A DNA stretch of 64,000 nucleotides from Deltaproteobacteria bacterium. GTDB taxonomy: Bacteria; Desulfobacterota; GWC2-55-46. This document shows positions 50,364-60,752 of the stretch, piece after piece; positions within the stretch are counted from its first letter, which is position 1, and each line of letters begins with the position of its first letter. The stretch lies in NCBI GenBank assembly GCA_015075075.1, contig JABTVA010000002.1, positions 65,985-129,984 on the forward strand, read 5' to 3'. A program made the position numbers and the translations under genes. Below the pieces are notes generated by a model, which was not told the DNA's origin, made no database searches, and worked only from the letters and a program-made list of their open reading frames with translations.

Positions 50364-51404
50364 ATGAGTGGGCCTGAGGTCATAGTCTGCGGCCCGGAGA
50401 AGGCACGCGAATGGGACTCTTTCCTTGCGGGGAGGAGCGACTCGTCCTTCTACCACCTTTTCGGCTGGAAGGCCGTTAACGAGGAGAGCTTCGGCCACGG
50501 CACATTTTTCCTGGCCGCCATGCGGGACGGCGGGATAACAGGGGTATTCCCCCTCGTTTACATCAAGAGCCGCGTTTTCGGGCGGATCCTCTGCTCCATG
50601 CCCTTTGTAAACTACGGCGGCCCGTCTGCCGCTGACGGCGAATCCGAGGCCGCCCTCCTTGAACGGGCCGTTTCCATTGCCGGCGAGCTCAAGGCCGACT
50701 ACATGGAGATACGGTGCATGAGGAGGCTCCCGGGGGACCTGCCCGCAGGAGAGCACAAGGTGAGCCTCACGATAGACCTCTCCCCTGGCGCGGACGCGAT
50801 ATGGAACGGGCTCAGCACCAAGCAGCGCACGAACGTAAGAAGGGCCTATAAGAACGGGCTCGAATCACGCGCAGGCGGGGCAGACCTGCTGGACGGCTTT
50901 TACGCGCTCTTTACCGAGAGCTGGAGGGACCTCGGCACTCCGGTCTACAATATCGGCTACTTCAGGCGCATCCTCCGAGAGTTCCCGGACAAGACCCGCG
51001 TATTCCTCGCGTGCATGAAGGACGGCACGCCTGTTGCCGGCGCGTTCAACGGGCATTTCAACGGCACGGTCGAGGGGATGTGGGCGGCTTCGCCGGCCCG
51101 TTACCGCCAGCTTCAGGCCAATTACGTCCTGTACTGGGAGATGATAAAAGACGCCTGCGAGATGGGCTTCACCAAATACCACCTCGGGAGGTCCACCGCG
51201 GACTCCGGCGGAGAGGCCTTCAAATCCAAGTGGAACGCCTCTCCCGCCCAGCTCTACTGGCACTACCACACGAAAAACGGCGGCCCGATGCCGGGCCTTA
51301 ATACCGGGAACCCCAGATACCGCATGGCGATAAACGCGTGGAAGCGCCTGCCGGTCAGCTTCGCGAACCTCATAGGCCCGCTCTTCGCGGGGCAGATACC
51401 CTGA
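50364..51404 (+). CDS. FemAB-related protein, PEP-CTERM system-associated
   Basis: 346 aa. Begins MSGPEVIVCGPEKAREWDSFL...FYHLFGWK and has a tandem GNAT-like fold typical of FemAB/CelD. Confidence 0.7.
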   Translation: MSGPEVIVCGPEKAREWDSFLAGRSDSSFYHLFGWKAVNEESFGHGTFFLAAMRDGGITGVFPLVYIKSRVFGRILCSMPFVNYGGPSAADGESEAALLERAVSIAGELKADYMEIRCMRRLPGDLPAGEHKVSLTIDLSPGADAIWNGLSTKQRTNVRRAYKNGLESRAGGADLLDGFYALFTESWRDLGTPVYNIGYFRRILREFPDKTRVFLACMKDGTPVAGAFNGHFNGTVEGMWAASPARYRQLQANYVLYWEMIKDACEMGFTKYHLGRSTADSGGEAFKSKWNASPAQLYWHYHTKNGGPMPGLNTGNPRYRMAINAWKRLPVSFANLIGPLFAGQIP

Positions 51405-51408
51405 GCCG

Positions 51409-52611
51409 ATGAGACGTCTTGCACCTTCCGGAACGCCTGTAAATATGCGGGACATAGCCGCCTGCATAGGCGGAGCCGCAACGCCAAAGAGGACGCTCGA
51501 GGATTTCAGGGCCGCCGTATGCTCGAAGTTCAATGTAAGGCACTGTTTTTTTACCTCGTCGGGCCGCGCCGCGCTCTGCGTCCTCCTTGAGGTCTTCAGG
51601 GAGCTCGCACCCGGCAACAGGGACGAGGTCGTCATACCCTCGTACACCTGCTATTCCGTGCCCTCTACCATCGCAAAGAGCGGCCTCAGGGTGCTTGTGC
51701 GCGACATAGACCCGGAGACCCTCGATTACGGCATGCCCGGGCTCAAGGAGACAGACTGGAGGAGGGTCCTTTGCGTGATGACCGCGAACCTCTACGGCAT
51801 CCCGAACGACCTGCCTGAGATAAGCCGCGTCGCGAAGGAGAACGGGGCCTTCCTTATCGACGACGCCTCGCAGTGCATGGGAGGCATGGTCGGGAGCCGT
51901 TTCTCAGGCACATTCGGGGACGCCGGGGTCTTCAGCCTCGACAAGGGAAAGAACATCACCTCCATGCAGGGGGGCATCATAGTCACTGATTCCGATGAAA
52001 TAGCCTCGCTCGCAGGGAAGCGAGTCGCCGCCCTCCCCTCGCCTCCGCTTTCGAGCGTCATTGCCTCTTCCATGAAGCTCATGGCATATGCCGCGTTCCT
52101 CAACCCGAGGATGTACTGGCTACCTGAAAGCCTGCCATTTCTCAACCTCGGCACGACGATATATACGACCGAGTATCCGGTAGAGGCCTACAGCGCGCTC
52201 CTGGGCGGGTTCGGGGCCTCGCTTTTCAGGAGGTTCGACGAGATAACCGCGGCGCGGGTGGGGAACGGGCTCGCTTATGACAAGGCCCTCGCGGGAGTGA
52301 AAGGGCTTGAGCGGATTTCAATCGGAAAAAGCTCCAGACCGGTCTACCTCCGCTACCCGGCGCTGGTAAGGGACAAGGGCAGGCGCGACTCCGTCCTCGC
52401 GAGGCTCAAGGAGAACGGCATAGGCGCCACGGCCTCCTTCCCCCGCTCCGTAATCGACCTCGAAGAGATAGGCGGCATACTCAATAGGGCCGGGAGCTCG
52501 GGAAGGAACGGACGGGGCGTGGCCGAAAGGATAATAACGCTCCCGACGCACCCGTTCGTCACCGGAAGAGACATAGAGAAGGCCGTTTCGGTAATTAAAG
52601 AGACAGCATAG
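51409..52611 (+). CDS. DegT/DnrJ/EryC1/StrS family PLP-dependent aminotransferase
   Basis: 400 aa, fold-type I aminotransferase of the sugar-modifying class. Confidence 0.75.
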   Translation: MRRLAPSGTPVNMRDIAACIGGAATPKRTLEDFRAAVCSKFNVRHCFFTSSGRAALCVLLEVFRELAPGNRDEVVIPSYTCYSVPSTIAKSGLRVLVRDIDPETLDYGMPGLKETDWRRVLCVMTANLYGIPNDLPEISRVAKENGAFLIDDASQCMGGMVGSRFSGTFGDAGVFSLDKGKNITSMQGGIIVTDSDEIASLAGKRVAALPSPPLSSVIASSMKLMAYAAFLNPRMYWLPESLPFLNLGTTIYTTEYPVEAYSALLGGFGASLFRRFDEITAARVGNGLAYDKALAGVKGLERISIGKSSRPVYLRYPALVRDKGRRDSVLARLKENGIGATASFPRSVIDLEEIGGILNRAGSSGRNGRGVAERIITLPTHPFVTGRDIEKAVSVIKETA

Positions 52612-52613
52612 CA

Positions 52614-53678
52614 ATGGATATACGCATCGCGACCCGCATCGAGGACATCGGCATCTCCCCCGAAGAGTGGAACAGGCTTCTCTCCGGGAGCGAGACCAAT
52701 ACCGTCTTCCAGACCTATGAATGGTTCAGGTCGTGGTGGGATGTTTTCGGCAGGGAAAACCGGCTCTTCCTCGTATCCGTCCTCGGCCCTGACGGCGGCT
52801 TGATGGGGATAGCGCCGCTCATGATATCGAGGGAGCGGACCCTAAGGTTCGCCGGGGACGAGAAGGCGGACTACTGCGACATAATATGCGAGAAGGGAAA
52901 AAAGCCCGAGATCGCGAGAGTCATTATGCGGGAGCTCGTCGGTCAAAAACCGGCGTGGGAGAGCGCGTGCCTTAAGAACATACCCGAGGGCTCGAGCACA
53001 TGCGGCCTGCTGGACGGAATATGCGCCGAAAGCGGCCTGAAGGTGATTACCGACCGGATACCGTGCCCAACCCTCGTCATAGCAGGGAGGGAGGAGGCCG
53101 GCAATATACTCAGGAAAAAGACCCTCAGGCGCCGCTACAACTACCTCAACAGGAACGGGAAGCTGGACTTCAGGAACATACTCGACGATGGCGAGGCGCT
53201 CCGGTGCCTGGACATCTTTTTCGACCAGCATATGAGGAGAAGAGAGAAGGCAGGCGACGAGAGCCTTTTTGCGGACGAGCGGAACAGGGAGTTCTACAGG
53301 AAACTCGCGATGGGGCTCCTCCGAAAGGGCTGGCTCCTTTTCTCTGTCCTCGAGTTCAACGGAAGGCCGATAGCCTTCCATTTCGGCTTCGATTACGGCT
53401 CCAGGGTCATCTGGTACAAGCCCTCGTTCGACGTGGACTACTCCCGCAACTCCCCGGGCCAGGTAATGCTCATGCACCTTATCAGGTATTCCATTGAAAA
53501 CGGCAGGGCCGAATTCGACTTCACGCTCGGGGACGAGCCGTTCAAGAGCCAATTCACGAACCTCGTCCGCATGAACACGCAGGTATGCATCTACAGACGG
53601 AGCTCGGACTACCTCTTCGACCTCTCGAAGCAATACATACTGAGGGCGGTCAAGAAGACCCGGGCCGCCGCCAAATAG
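52614..53678 (+). CDS. CelD/FemAB-like GNAT acetyltransferase-fold protein (Acetyltransf_6-like)
   Basis: 354 aa. Begins ...EWNRLLSGSETNTVFQTYEWFRSWW and resembles the cellulose-biosynthesis CelD-like family. Confidence 0.6.
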   Translation: MDIRIATRIEDIGISPEEWNRLLSGSETNTVFQTYEWFRSWWDVFGRENRLFLVSVLGPDGGLMGIAPLMISRERTLRFAGDEKADYCDIICEKGKKPEIARVIMRELVGQKPAWESACLKNIPEGSSTCGLLDGICAESGLKVITDRIPCPTLVIAGREEAGNILRKKTLRRRYNYLNRNGKLDFRNILDDGEALRCLDIFFDQHMRRREKAGDESLFADERNREFYRKLAMGLLRKGWLLFSVLEFNGRPIAFHFGFDYGSRVIWYKPSFDVDYSRNSPGQVMLMHLIRYSIENGRAEFDFTLGDEPFKSQFTNLVRMNTQVCIYRRSSDYLFDLSKQYILRAVKKTRAAAK

Positions 53679-53681
53679 GCC

Positions 53682-55814
53682 GTGAAGGTAAGCATAATCA
53701 TACCGACCTACAACAGGGCCCGCCTGGTCTGCCTTGCCATAGACAGCATACTGGCGCAGGACTACACGGACTACGAGATAATCGTGGTCGACGACGGCTC
53801 GACCGACGGGACCTCAAAGGCTCTCGAAAGATATTCCGGGTCCATACGATACATAAGGCAGGAGAACAGGGGCTTCGGCGCGGCAAGGAACCGCGGTCTT
53901 GACGAGGCCAATGGCGAATACCTGGCCTTCCTGGACTCCGACGACCTCTGGGCCGCCGGAAAGCTCTCGACCCAGGTGGAGATAATGGACCGCCTGCCGG
54001 AGGCGGCCTTCGCCTTCTCGGATTTCACGATATTGAAGCAGTCCGGCGACCTTATCAGCGAAGGGCTCCGGACGTGGCACAGGAGGAGGACTCCCTGGGA
54101 GGAAATCTACTCCAGGAAAATACACTCCTCCGCGCTCCTGACCCGGCCTGAGGGATTCGACATCTATACTGGGAACATATACAAAGAGCTCCTGGAGGAG
54201 CCTCACGTATTGCCGAGCAGCGCGATCGTCCGTCGGAGCATGCTCAAGCCCGGGATAGTCTTCACGGTCGGCGACCCGCTTTACGCGGACTGGGATTTTT
54301 TCGCCAGGCTGGCCAGGGACCAAGTAGCCTGCTTCCTCGACACCGCCACGGCCATAAACAGGAGCCATGACGACGCCGTAAGGCTCACCACGAACTGCAG
54401 CACGCTCAAGGCCGCCCGATGCAGGCTGTCCCTCATAGACCGGGTATGGAAACAGGATGCCGAGTTCATGCTAACGCACCGGGAGCTGGTGGAAAAGATC
54501 GAGGCGGAACAGCTTTCAATTGTCGCCACCCAGCTTCTTTTCGAGGGAAAGGCACCAGAGGCGAGGGCCGCGCTTAAGAGGATTTCGGCTATGGGCAGGG
54601 GTTCGGCCAGCGCAAGGCTCCTCAAGCTTTTCGCATACAGCCCGGGAGGACCGGCGGCGCTTACCGCGGCAAGGGACCTGAGAAGGCGGCTTCGCGGAGG
54701 CGCTTCTGCCGTGTCGCGCGGTAGCGACGCCTCCTTCGAGGCCGAGGTCATAACCGGGGCGGACGGCTTGCGCGCTCTCGCAACTGAATGGGATTCACTG
54801 GCGGCCAGGCAGAAAAACCCCCTTGCAAGCCATGATTGGGTTCTTTCATGCGTTGAGGCCTTCGGCGACGCGATGCCGCCAAGGGTGCTCGTTATACGGA
54901 AGGGCGGCATGGCGGCGGCAATAGCGCCGCTGGGAGTTACCGGCAAGAAACTAAAGAGGCTCGAGGTCCTGGGCGCCCCGTTCCTCTTCGAGCCCGGGGC
55001 GCTCCTTCTGGACGGGAGCGACGGTTCCCCTGCCGCGCTCCTCAAGGCGCTCTCAAGAGCGGGATATCCCTCTCTTCTCAGGCGGCTTCCGGCCTCGGAG
55101 GCGCTCAAGGCCTTCAGGGAAAAATATAACGCGGGCTGCATGTGCGAAGAGCCCCGCGCCTCCGCGCCTTTTGCCGCGATCGGCAAGGACTGGGACGGGT
55201 TCCAGGGCGGACTCTCCCCGAAGCGCAGGTACGACCTCAGGAGGGCGAAAAAAAGGGCTGAGGAGCACGGCAGGGTTTCGGCGAACATATTCTGCCCCGA
55301 GCCCTCCGGGCTCGAACGCGACCTCGACAAGGTATTCCGGGTTGAAGCGGCGGGCTGGAAGGGACGGAACGGCTCCTCCATGCTGCACAATAAAAGGCTC
55401 GGCAGTTTTTTCCGCGCCTACTCGGGGCGGGCCTGCAGGGCCGGCATACTGAGGGTATGCACGCTCGATATCGGCGGGCATACGGCCGCGGCGCAGCTTG
55501 CGATCGAATCCGGCGGAAGCTTCTGGGTCCTCAAGATAGGATACGACGAGAAATGGGCCCGGTGCTCGCCGGGGATCCAGCTCACCTTCGAGTGCATGAA
55601 ATACGCCTGCATGAGGAAGCTCGGCTTTTATGAGTTCCTGGGCACAGCCGAGCCGTGGCTTGAGCCGTTTGAGAGCGGCAGGCGGGAATACGTCGACCTC
55701 TTCATCTACCCGCGCTCCCTCCCCGGCATTCTGGCCCTGGGCGCGGACGCGCCGCGCCGCATGGCCAGGGGGATACTGGGCCGTCGTCGCGCGCATGGCG
55801 CGGACCTATCATAG
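53682..55814 (+). CDS. family 2 glycosyltransferase fused to C-terminal CelD/FemAB-like GNAT domain
   Basis: N-terminus IIIPTYNRARLV...DYEIIVVDDGSTDGT...DSDDLW is GT2. From about residue 360, ALATEWDSLAARQKNPLASHDWV... is CelD-like. Confidence 0.75.
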   Translation: MKVSIIIPTYNRARLVCLAIDSILAQDYTDYEIIVVDDGSTDGTSKALERYSGSIRYIRQENRGFGAARNRGLDEANGEYLAFLDSDDLWAAGKLSTQVEIMDRLPEAAFAFSDFTILKQSGDLISEGLRTWHRRRTPWEEIYSRKIHSSALLTRPEGFDIYTGNIYKELLEEPHVLPSSAIVRRSMLKPGIVFTVGDPLYADWDFFARLARDQVACFLDTATAINRSHDDAVRLTTNCSTLKAARCRLSLIDRVWKQDAEFMLTHRELVEKIEAEQLSIVATQLLFEGKAPEARAALKRISAMGRGSASARLLKLFAYSPGGPAALTAARDLRRRLRGGASAVSRGSDASFEAEVITGADGLRALATEWDSLAARQKNPLASHDWVLSCVEAFGDAMPPRVLVIRKGGMAAAIAPLGVTGKKLKRLEVLGAPFLFEPGALLLDGSDGSPAALLKALSRAGYPSLLRRLPASEALKAFREKYNAGCMCEEPRASAPFAAIGKDWDGFQGGLSPKRRYDLRRAKKRAEEHGRVSANIFCPEPSGLERDLDKVFRVEAAGWKGRNGSSMLHNKRLGSFFRAYSGRACRAGILRVCTLDIGGHTAAAQLAIESGGSFWVLKIGYDEKWARCSPGIQLTFECMKYACMRKLGFYEFLGTAEPWLEPFESGRREYVDLFIYPRSLPGILALGADAPRRMARGILGRRRAHGADLS

Positions 55815-55931
55815 GTTTCGGAAACGATGACAGCCCGATTGAAACTGGTGCTAAAGAGGACGCTCTCCGCGGTCCTCTACTAATCCGGCGCGCTCCGGGT
55901 CCTTAAGCTCGTACTTCTTAAGGACAAGGCC

Positions 55932-56840
55932 GTGGTGCTCATGTACCACCGGGTCCTCACGAAGGAGGAGCGGGACGGGTCGTTTTCTCACTCCGGCATA
56001 GTTGTGGAACGGGAAGTATTCGAGAAGCAGATGCGGTTCCTCGGGAAGGAGTTCACGATAATCGGAGAATCCGAGTTCAATCTGCGTCTCAAGGAAAAGA
56101 GGCCTTTTGAGACGGCCAGCTGCCTCGTGACCTTCGACGACGGCTGGCTGGACAACGCGACGAACGCGCTGCCGGCGCTCAAGAAAAACGGCATACCAGC
56201 CCTGGTCTTTCTCGCCCACGGCTACATAGGCACGGGAAAGATGTTCTGGCAGGAGCGGATGACCGCGCTCCTCTCTGCCGCTTTCGACGACCGCGCCGGG
56301 AATAGCGCGCTCCTTGCAGGCTATGGCCTGAAGGCCGGAGATGCAGCCGGACGGCTCCCGGCCATAAGGCGCTTTATCGAGTCGCAGAAGAAACGCACGC
56401 ACTCGGAGATAGAGGAGACCCTCAGGGAGCTGTCGGATTCCATACCCGTCCGGCCCGGGCCGGGCCGCGACCGGTTCCTCGGCGCACCTGATATAGCCGA
56501 GATGCTCTCAGGCGGCGTCTCCTTCGGCTCGCACGGGGTCTCCCACAGGATACTTACGATGCTCCCGCGCCCTGAGGCCGAGTCCGAGATCAGGGAATCA
56601 AGGAGCGGGGTGGCGCTCCTGACCGGCAGGACGCCTTCCTCTTTCAGCTATCCTAACGGCGACCATGACGATTACACGGCTGCCCTGGTTGAGAAGCACG
56701 GGTATGATGCGGCATTCACCACCAGGGAGGGGTTCGTAAGGCACACGGACGACCCCTTCAGGCTGAAGAGGGTCAACATACATAACGACGCCACGATGAC
56801 CGTCCCCATGTTCTTCTGCAGGATACTCGGGGTCTTCTGA
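55932..56840 (+). CDS. polysaccharide deacetylase (NodB-type; LMYHRV family)
   Basis: 302 aa. An in-frame TAA at 55881 separates a plausible N-terminal membrane segment (MTARLKLVLKRTLSAVLY, ATG 55827) from the catalytic domain. Confidence 0.75.
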   Translation: MVLMYHRVLTKEERDGSFSHSGIVVEREVFEKQMRFLGKEFTIIGESEFNLRLKEKRPFETASCLVTFDDGWLDNATNALPALKKNGIPALVFLAHGYIGTGKMFWQERMTALLSAAFDDRAGNSALLAGYGLKAGDAAGRLPAIRRFIESQKKRTHSEIEETLRELSDSIPVRPGPGRDRFLGAPDIAEMLSGGVSFGSHGVSHRILTMLPRPEAESEIRESRSGVALLTGRTPSSFSYPNGDHDDYTAALVEKHGYDAAFTTREGFVRHTDDPFRLKRVNIHNDATMTVPMFFCRILGVF

Positions 56841-56846
56841 GAACAC

Positions 56847-58037
56847 ATGAAGGTACTTGTAACGGACGGGGATAACAGGGCCGCCCTGGCAATTACGCGC
56901 TCGCTGGGCAAAGCCGGCCACCACGTGATTGTGGGCGAAAAGAAGGAGACCTCCCTCTCATCGGTTTCATCCTATTGCCGCGCAAGGTTCGCATACCCGG
57001 ACCCTGCCTTCGACCCGCGCGGGTTCATAGAGGCCATCCTCGGGCAGGCGTCAAGGGAGGGGATCGACGTCATAATGCCCGTATCCGACATCTCGACCTT
57101 TCTCGTTACAGCCAACAGGCATGTGTTCGCCGCAAGCAAGGTCCCGTTCGCGCCCTTCGAGACGCTGGACCTGGCTGCGCGGAAGGACCGCCTCTTCGAG
57201 GCCGCCGGCAGGCTCAATATACCGGCGCCCAGGACGGTCGTCTTAAGGCAAAAGGGCGACGGCTCCAAAAAAATGGATATCGATTTCCCGGTCGTGGTAA
57301 AGCCCCACAGGTCCAGGATACAGGGCCCGGACGGGAAGTGGCTTTCGGCCTCTGTAAGCTACGCCTCCGACCCGAAGGAGCTTCAGCAGGTGCTCGGGAT
57401 GAAAAAAGACGAGTACCCGCTTCTCCTGCAGGAAAGGATAAACGGACCAGGCATAGGGGTCTTCGCCTGCTATGACCGGGGCGAGCTCAAGGCCATATTC
57501 AGCCACAGGAGGCTCAGGGAGAAGCCTCCTTCAGGCGGGGTAAGCGTCCTTTGCGAGAGCGTCCCCGTGCCGGCCCTTGCGAGGGAGTATACCGAGGCCC
57601 TCCTCGGGAGCCTCGGCTGGCACGGCGTTGCCATGGTGGAGTTCAAGCTGGACGAACGCGACGGGCTCCCGAAGCTCATGGAGATAAACGGGCGCTTCTG
57701 GGGCTCGCTCCAGCTGGCAATCGACGCGGGCGTCGACTTCCCGTCCATGCTGATGGATATCGCGATGGAGAAGGACGTCCGGCCATGTTTCGAGTACAGG
57801 ACCGGGAGGAGGACGCGCTGGTTCTGGGGAGACGTGGATTCGCTCCTCATGGTGCTCCTTAAAAAAGGACGGTCGCTCAAGCTCCCGCCGGGCCACCCGG
57901 GGAAACTCGGGTCCATATTGAGGTTCCTCAAGCCGTCGCTCGGCGGCACTCGCTTTGACGTATTGAGGCTCGACGACCCGCGGCCCTGGCTGTACGAGAC
58001 CTCCATGTGGTTCAGGAACCAGCTGGGCAAGGGGTAA
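56847..58037 (+). CDS. ATP-grasp domain protein (carboxylate-amine ligase)
   Basis: 396 aa with pre-ATP-grasp and ATP-grasp motifs (EYPLLLQERINGPGIGVF...MEINGRFWGS). Confidence 0.7.
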   Translation: MKVLVTDGDNRAALAITRSLGKAGHHVIVGEKKETSLSSVSSYCRARFAYPDPAFDPRGFIEAILGQASREGIDVIMPVSDISTFLVTANRHVFAASKVPFAPFETLDLAARKDRLFEAAGRLNIPAPRTVVLRQKGDGSKKMDIDFPVVVKPHRSRIQGPDGKWLSASVSYASDPKELQQVLGMKKDEYPLLLQERINGPGIGVFACYDRGELKAIFSHRRLREKPPSGGVSVLCESVPVPALAREYTEALLGSLGWHGVAMVEFKLDERDGLPKLMEINGRFWGSLQLAIDAGVDFPSMLMDIAMEKDVRPCFEYRTGRRTRWFWGDVDSLLMVLLKKGRSLKLPPGHPGKLGSILRFLKPSLGGTRFDVLRLDDPRPWLYETSMWFRNQLGKG

Positions 58038-58040
58038 CCA

Positions 58041-58784
58041 ATGCGGGGCATATTTCACGCGCATTCCACCTATTCGCATGACGGCAGATGCACCCTCCCG
58101 GAGCTCGTCTCGCTCTGCAAGGCGCAGGGGCTCGGGTTCGTAGCGCTTTCGGAACACGCGGAGGACATGGATTCCGCCAGGATGGACGCCTTTACCTCTG
58201 AGTGCAAAGAGCTCTCAAAAAGGGGCGTAATACTTATGCCCGGGCTCGAGTTCGGGTTCAGCGAATATCCCAAGCTGCACCTCCTGGGCATAGGCGTAAC
58301 CCGCTTTATCCCGCCGGGAGACATCTCGCGGACCATAGACGCCATACGGGAGCAGGGCGGGCTTTCGGTAATAGCCCATCCGGCCAGGAACGGGCACTTC
58401 GTCCCGGAGCACATTAAAGGGAAGCTCGACGGGCTCGAGGTCTGGAACGCCTCGTATGACAGCCGCTACCTGCCGCACCACAGGTCAGTGGCGCTATACC
58501 GTTCGCTAAGGAGAATGAACGGTTCACTGCTGGCTTTCGGGGGGCTCGATTTCCATACGGCCCGGAACTTCAGGGAACTGGACCTGGTAGTCGAGGGCAG
58601 TCCAGCGGATGCCGAGGAGCTTCTTCTTCTCCTCAGGAATGGAAGCTACACAAACAAGGGAAAGCTCTTTACCATAGGCTCCAGGCAGGAATTCGGATAT
58701 ATTACGGTGGGCGGGATACGGCTTGGCAGGGTGTTCCTCGAGGGGGCGGACACACTTGCATCCCTTACGCGGGGGAACAGGTGA
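58041..58784 (+). CDS. PHP-domain metal-dependent phosphoesterase (possible CpsB-like protein-tyrosine phosphatase)
   Basis: Begins HAHSTYSHDG, typical of the PHP superfamily. 247 aa, similar in size to CpsB. Confidence 0.6.
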   Translation: MRGIFHAHSTYSHDGRCTLPELVSLCKAQGLGFVALSEHAEDMDSARMDAFTSECKELSKRGVILMPGLEFGFSEYPKLHLLGIGVTRFIPPGDISRTIDAIREQGGLSVIAHPARNGHFVPEHIKGKLDGLEVWNASYDSRYLPHHRSVALYRSLRRMNGSLLAFGGLDFHTARNFRELDLVVEGSPADAEELLLLLRNGSYTNKGKLFTIGSRQEFGYITVGGIRLGRVFLEGADTLASLTRGNR

Positions 58785-59938
58785 CGGAAGCGCTGCATGC
58801 CATCGGGATCGCCGAGCTCATTTTCTGGCTTTCCCTCGCGGCCGTTTTCTACGCTTATTTCGGATATCCCGCACTGCTTTTCCTCCTCTCAGGCCTTATG
58901 CGGAGAAAAATCCGCGCTGGGAACAGGGACTATACGCCAACGGTTTCGCTCCTCATACCGGTCCATAACGAGGAGGCCGTAATCGAACGGAAGCTCAGGA
59001 ATACCCTCTCAATCGATTATCCCGCCGACAGGCTCGAAATCATCATAGTATCCGACGGCTCCACGGACCGGACCGGCGAGATAGTCGGGCGTAACATCTC
59101 CGGAAGGATGCGCTTTCTCAAGCTCCCGATGAGAAGCGGCAAGGCCGCTGCGCTAAATTACGGCCACAAGTCCGCAACGGGCGAAATAGTCGTATTCTCG
59201 GACAGCTCCATAATGCTCGATAAAAACGCCATCAGGAGCATAGTATTGAAATTCCAGGACCCGGCAGTCGGGTGCGTATCGGGCGAGGACCACATAGAGG
59301 GGCCCGGCGGAGAGGGGCTCTACGGGAGATACGAGCTCTTCCTCAGGAACCTCGAATCGAGGGTGCATTCCATAGTCGGCGCGAGCGGTTCTTTTTACGC
59401 CGAAAGAAGGGAGGCCTGCGAGCCTTTCAGGGAGGGGCTTGCCCCGGACTTCCTCTCGGTCCTTAATATAGTCGACAAGGGCTACAGGGCGGTAACGGAG
59501 CCCGCGGCTTTTGGGACCATGACGAGCGTAAAAGGCGTTAAAGACGAGTTCAGGCGGAAGGCCAGGACGCTCGTGAGGGGCATGGCGGCGCTTTTCAGCA
59601 ATGCCCGCCTTATGAACCCATTAAGGACCGGCGTCTTCTCGCTGGAGCTCCTGTCGCACAAGGTCGCGCGCTGGCTGGTCCCGTTCTTTATGATTTCGCT
59701 CCTCGTATCTAACGCATTTTCCTCCGGAGCCCGCCCTATGCGGTCTTCGCGCCCAGGCCTCTTTTCTGACGCCCTTGCAGGCCTCGCATTTTTCCGTATC
59801 GGCGGCCTGCATGAAAGGACCCTCGGCAGGGTCCCGCTTTATTTCACGGCCGTGAACGCGGCCATCCTTTACGCCTGGTTCCTTTACGCGACAGGCATCC
59901 GCATGGAGATATGGAACCCCTCCAAAAGGCAGGCCTGA
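58781..59938 (+). CDS. family 2 glycosyltransferase, membrane-anchored
   Basis: 385 aa. N-terminal TM helix, GT2 motifs (LIPVHNEE...IIVSDGSTD) and C-terminal TM helices. Confidence 0.8.
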   Translation: MTEALHAIGIAELIFWLSLAAVFYAYFGYPALLFLLSGLMRRKIRAGNRDYTPTVSLLIPVHNEEAVIERKLRNTLSIDYPADRLEIIIVSDGSTDRTGEIVGRNISGRMRFLKLPMRSGKAAALNYGHKSATGEIVVFSDSSIMLDKNAIRSIVLKFQDPAVGCVSGEDHIEGPGGEGLYGRYELFLRNLESRVHSIVGASGSFYAERREACEPFREGLAPDFLSVLNIVDKGYRAVTEPAAFGTMTSVKGVKDEFRRKARTLVRGMAALFSNARLMNPLRTGVFSLELLSHKVARWLVPFFMISLLVSNAFSSGARPMRSSRPGLFSDALAGLAFFRIGGLHERTLGRVPLYFTAVNAAILYAWFLYATGIRMEIWNPSKRQA

Positions 59939-59939
59939 G

Positions 59940-60752
59940 ATGAGCGAAAGACCTCTTTTTTTCAGAAACGGCGCCAGCAGCCTCTTCGGGGTCCTGCACG
60001 AGCCGGGAATCAGAAAAGGCCCGGCCTTCGTCTTCTGCTCTCCTTTTGCCGAGGAGAAGCTCTGGGCGCACAGGGTCTTCGTCAACTTCGCGCGCGAGCT
60101 CTCAGGCCGCGGCCACGCCGTCCTCAGGTTCGACTACATGGGTAACGGCGATAGCGACGGCGACTTCGAGGAGACGACCCTCCAGACATATATCTCTGAT
60201 GTAAGGGCCGCGGCCGATTTCACCCTGAACTCCGCGGGAGAAAAGGACGGGCTCTGCCTGCTGGGCCTGGGCCTCGGCGCTACCTTTGCCGCGCTCGCGG
60301 CCGAGGAGATGCCCGGGACCTCGGGTCTCGTTCTGTGGAACCCGATCGTAAACGGGGCAGCCTACATGCAGGAGATGCTCAAAATAAACCTGACGACCCA
60401 GATGTCCGTGTACAAGGAGATACGCCGGACAAGGGCGGAGCTTGCGCGCTTGATGTCCGAGGGCGCGACAGTCAACGTTGACGGCTACGAGATGTCGAAC
60501 GCGCTCTACGAGCAGGTCTCCGCGATAAGCCTCGCCGGTGAAAAGAAACGGTTCTCCGGGCGGACTCTTGTTGTCGAGATCAACCGCAAGGAGAAGGAGC
60601 CAGGGAAGGATATGGCACAGCTTGCCTCGGCGTACGAGAGCGCGGGCCTGTCTATGGTAATCGAAGAGCCTTTCTGGAAAGAGATAAAGGCATATTCGGC
60701 TAAAGCCGAAAACCTCTTCAGCGCGACACTCGAATGGCTGGAACAGCGATAA
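59940..60752 (+). CDS. alpha/beta hydrolase, exosortase-A-system-associated (hydrolase 1)
   Basis: 270 aa with a nucleophile-elbow-like GLGLG motif. Confidence 0.65.
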   Translation: MSERPLFFRNGASSLFGVLHEPGIRKGPAFVFCSPFAEEKLWAHRVFVNFARELSGRGHAVLRFDYMGNGDSDGDFEETTLQTYISDVRAAADFTLNSAGEKDGLCLLGLGLGATFAALAAEEMPGTSGLVLWNPIVNGAAYMQEMLKINLTTQMSVYKEIRRTRAELARLMSEGATVNVDGYEMSNALYEQVSAISLAGEKKRFSGRTLVVEINRKEKEPGKDMAQLASAYESAGLSMVIEEPFWKEIKAYSAKAENLFSATLEWLEQR

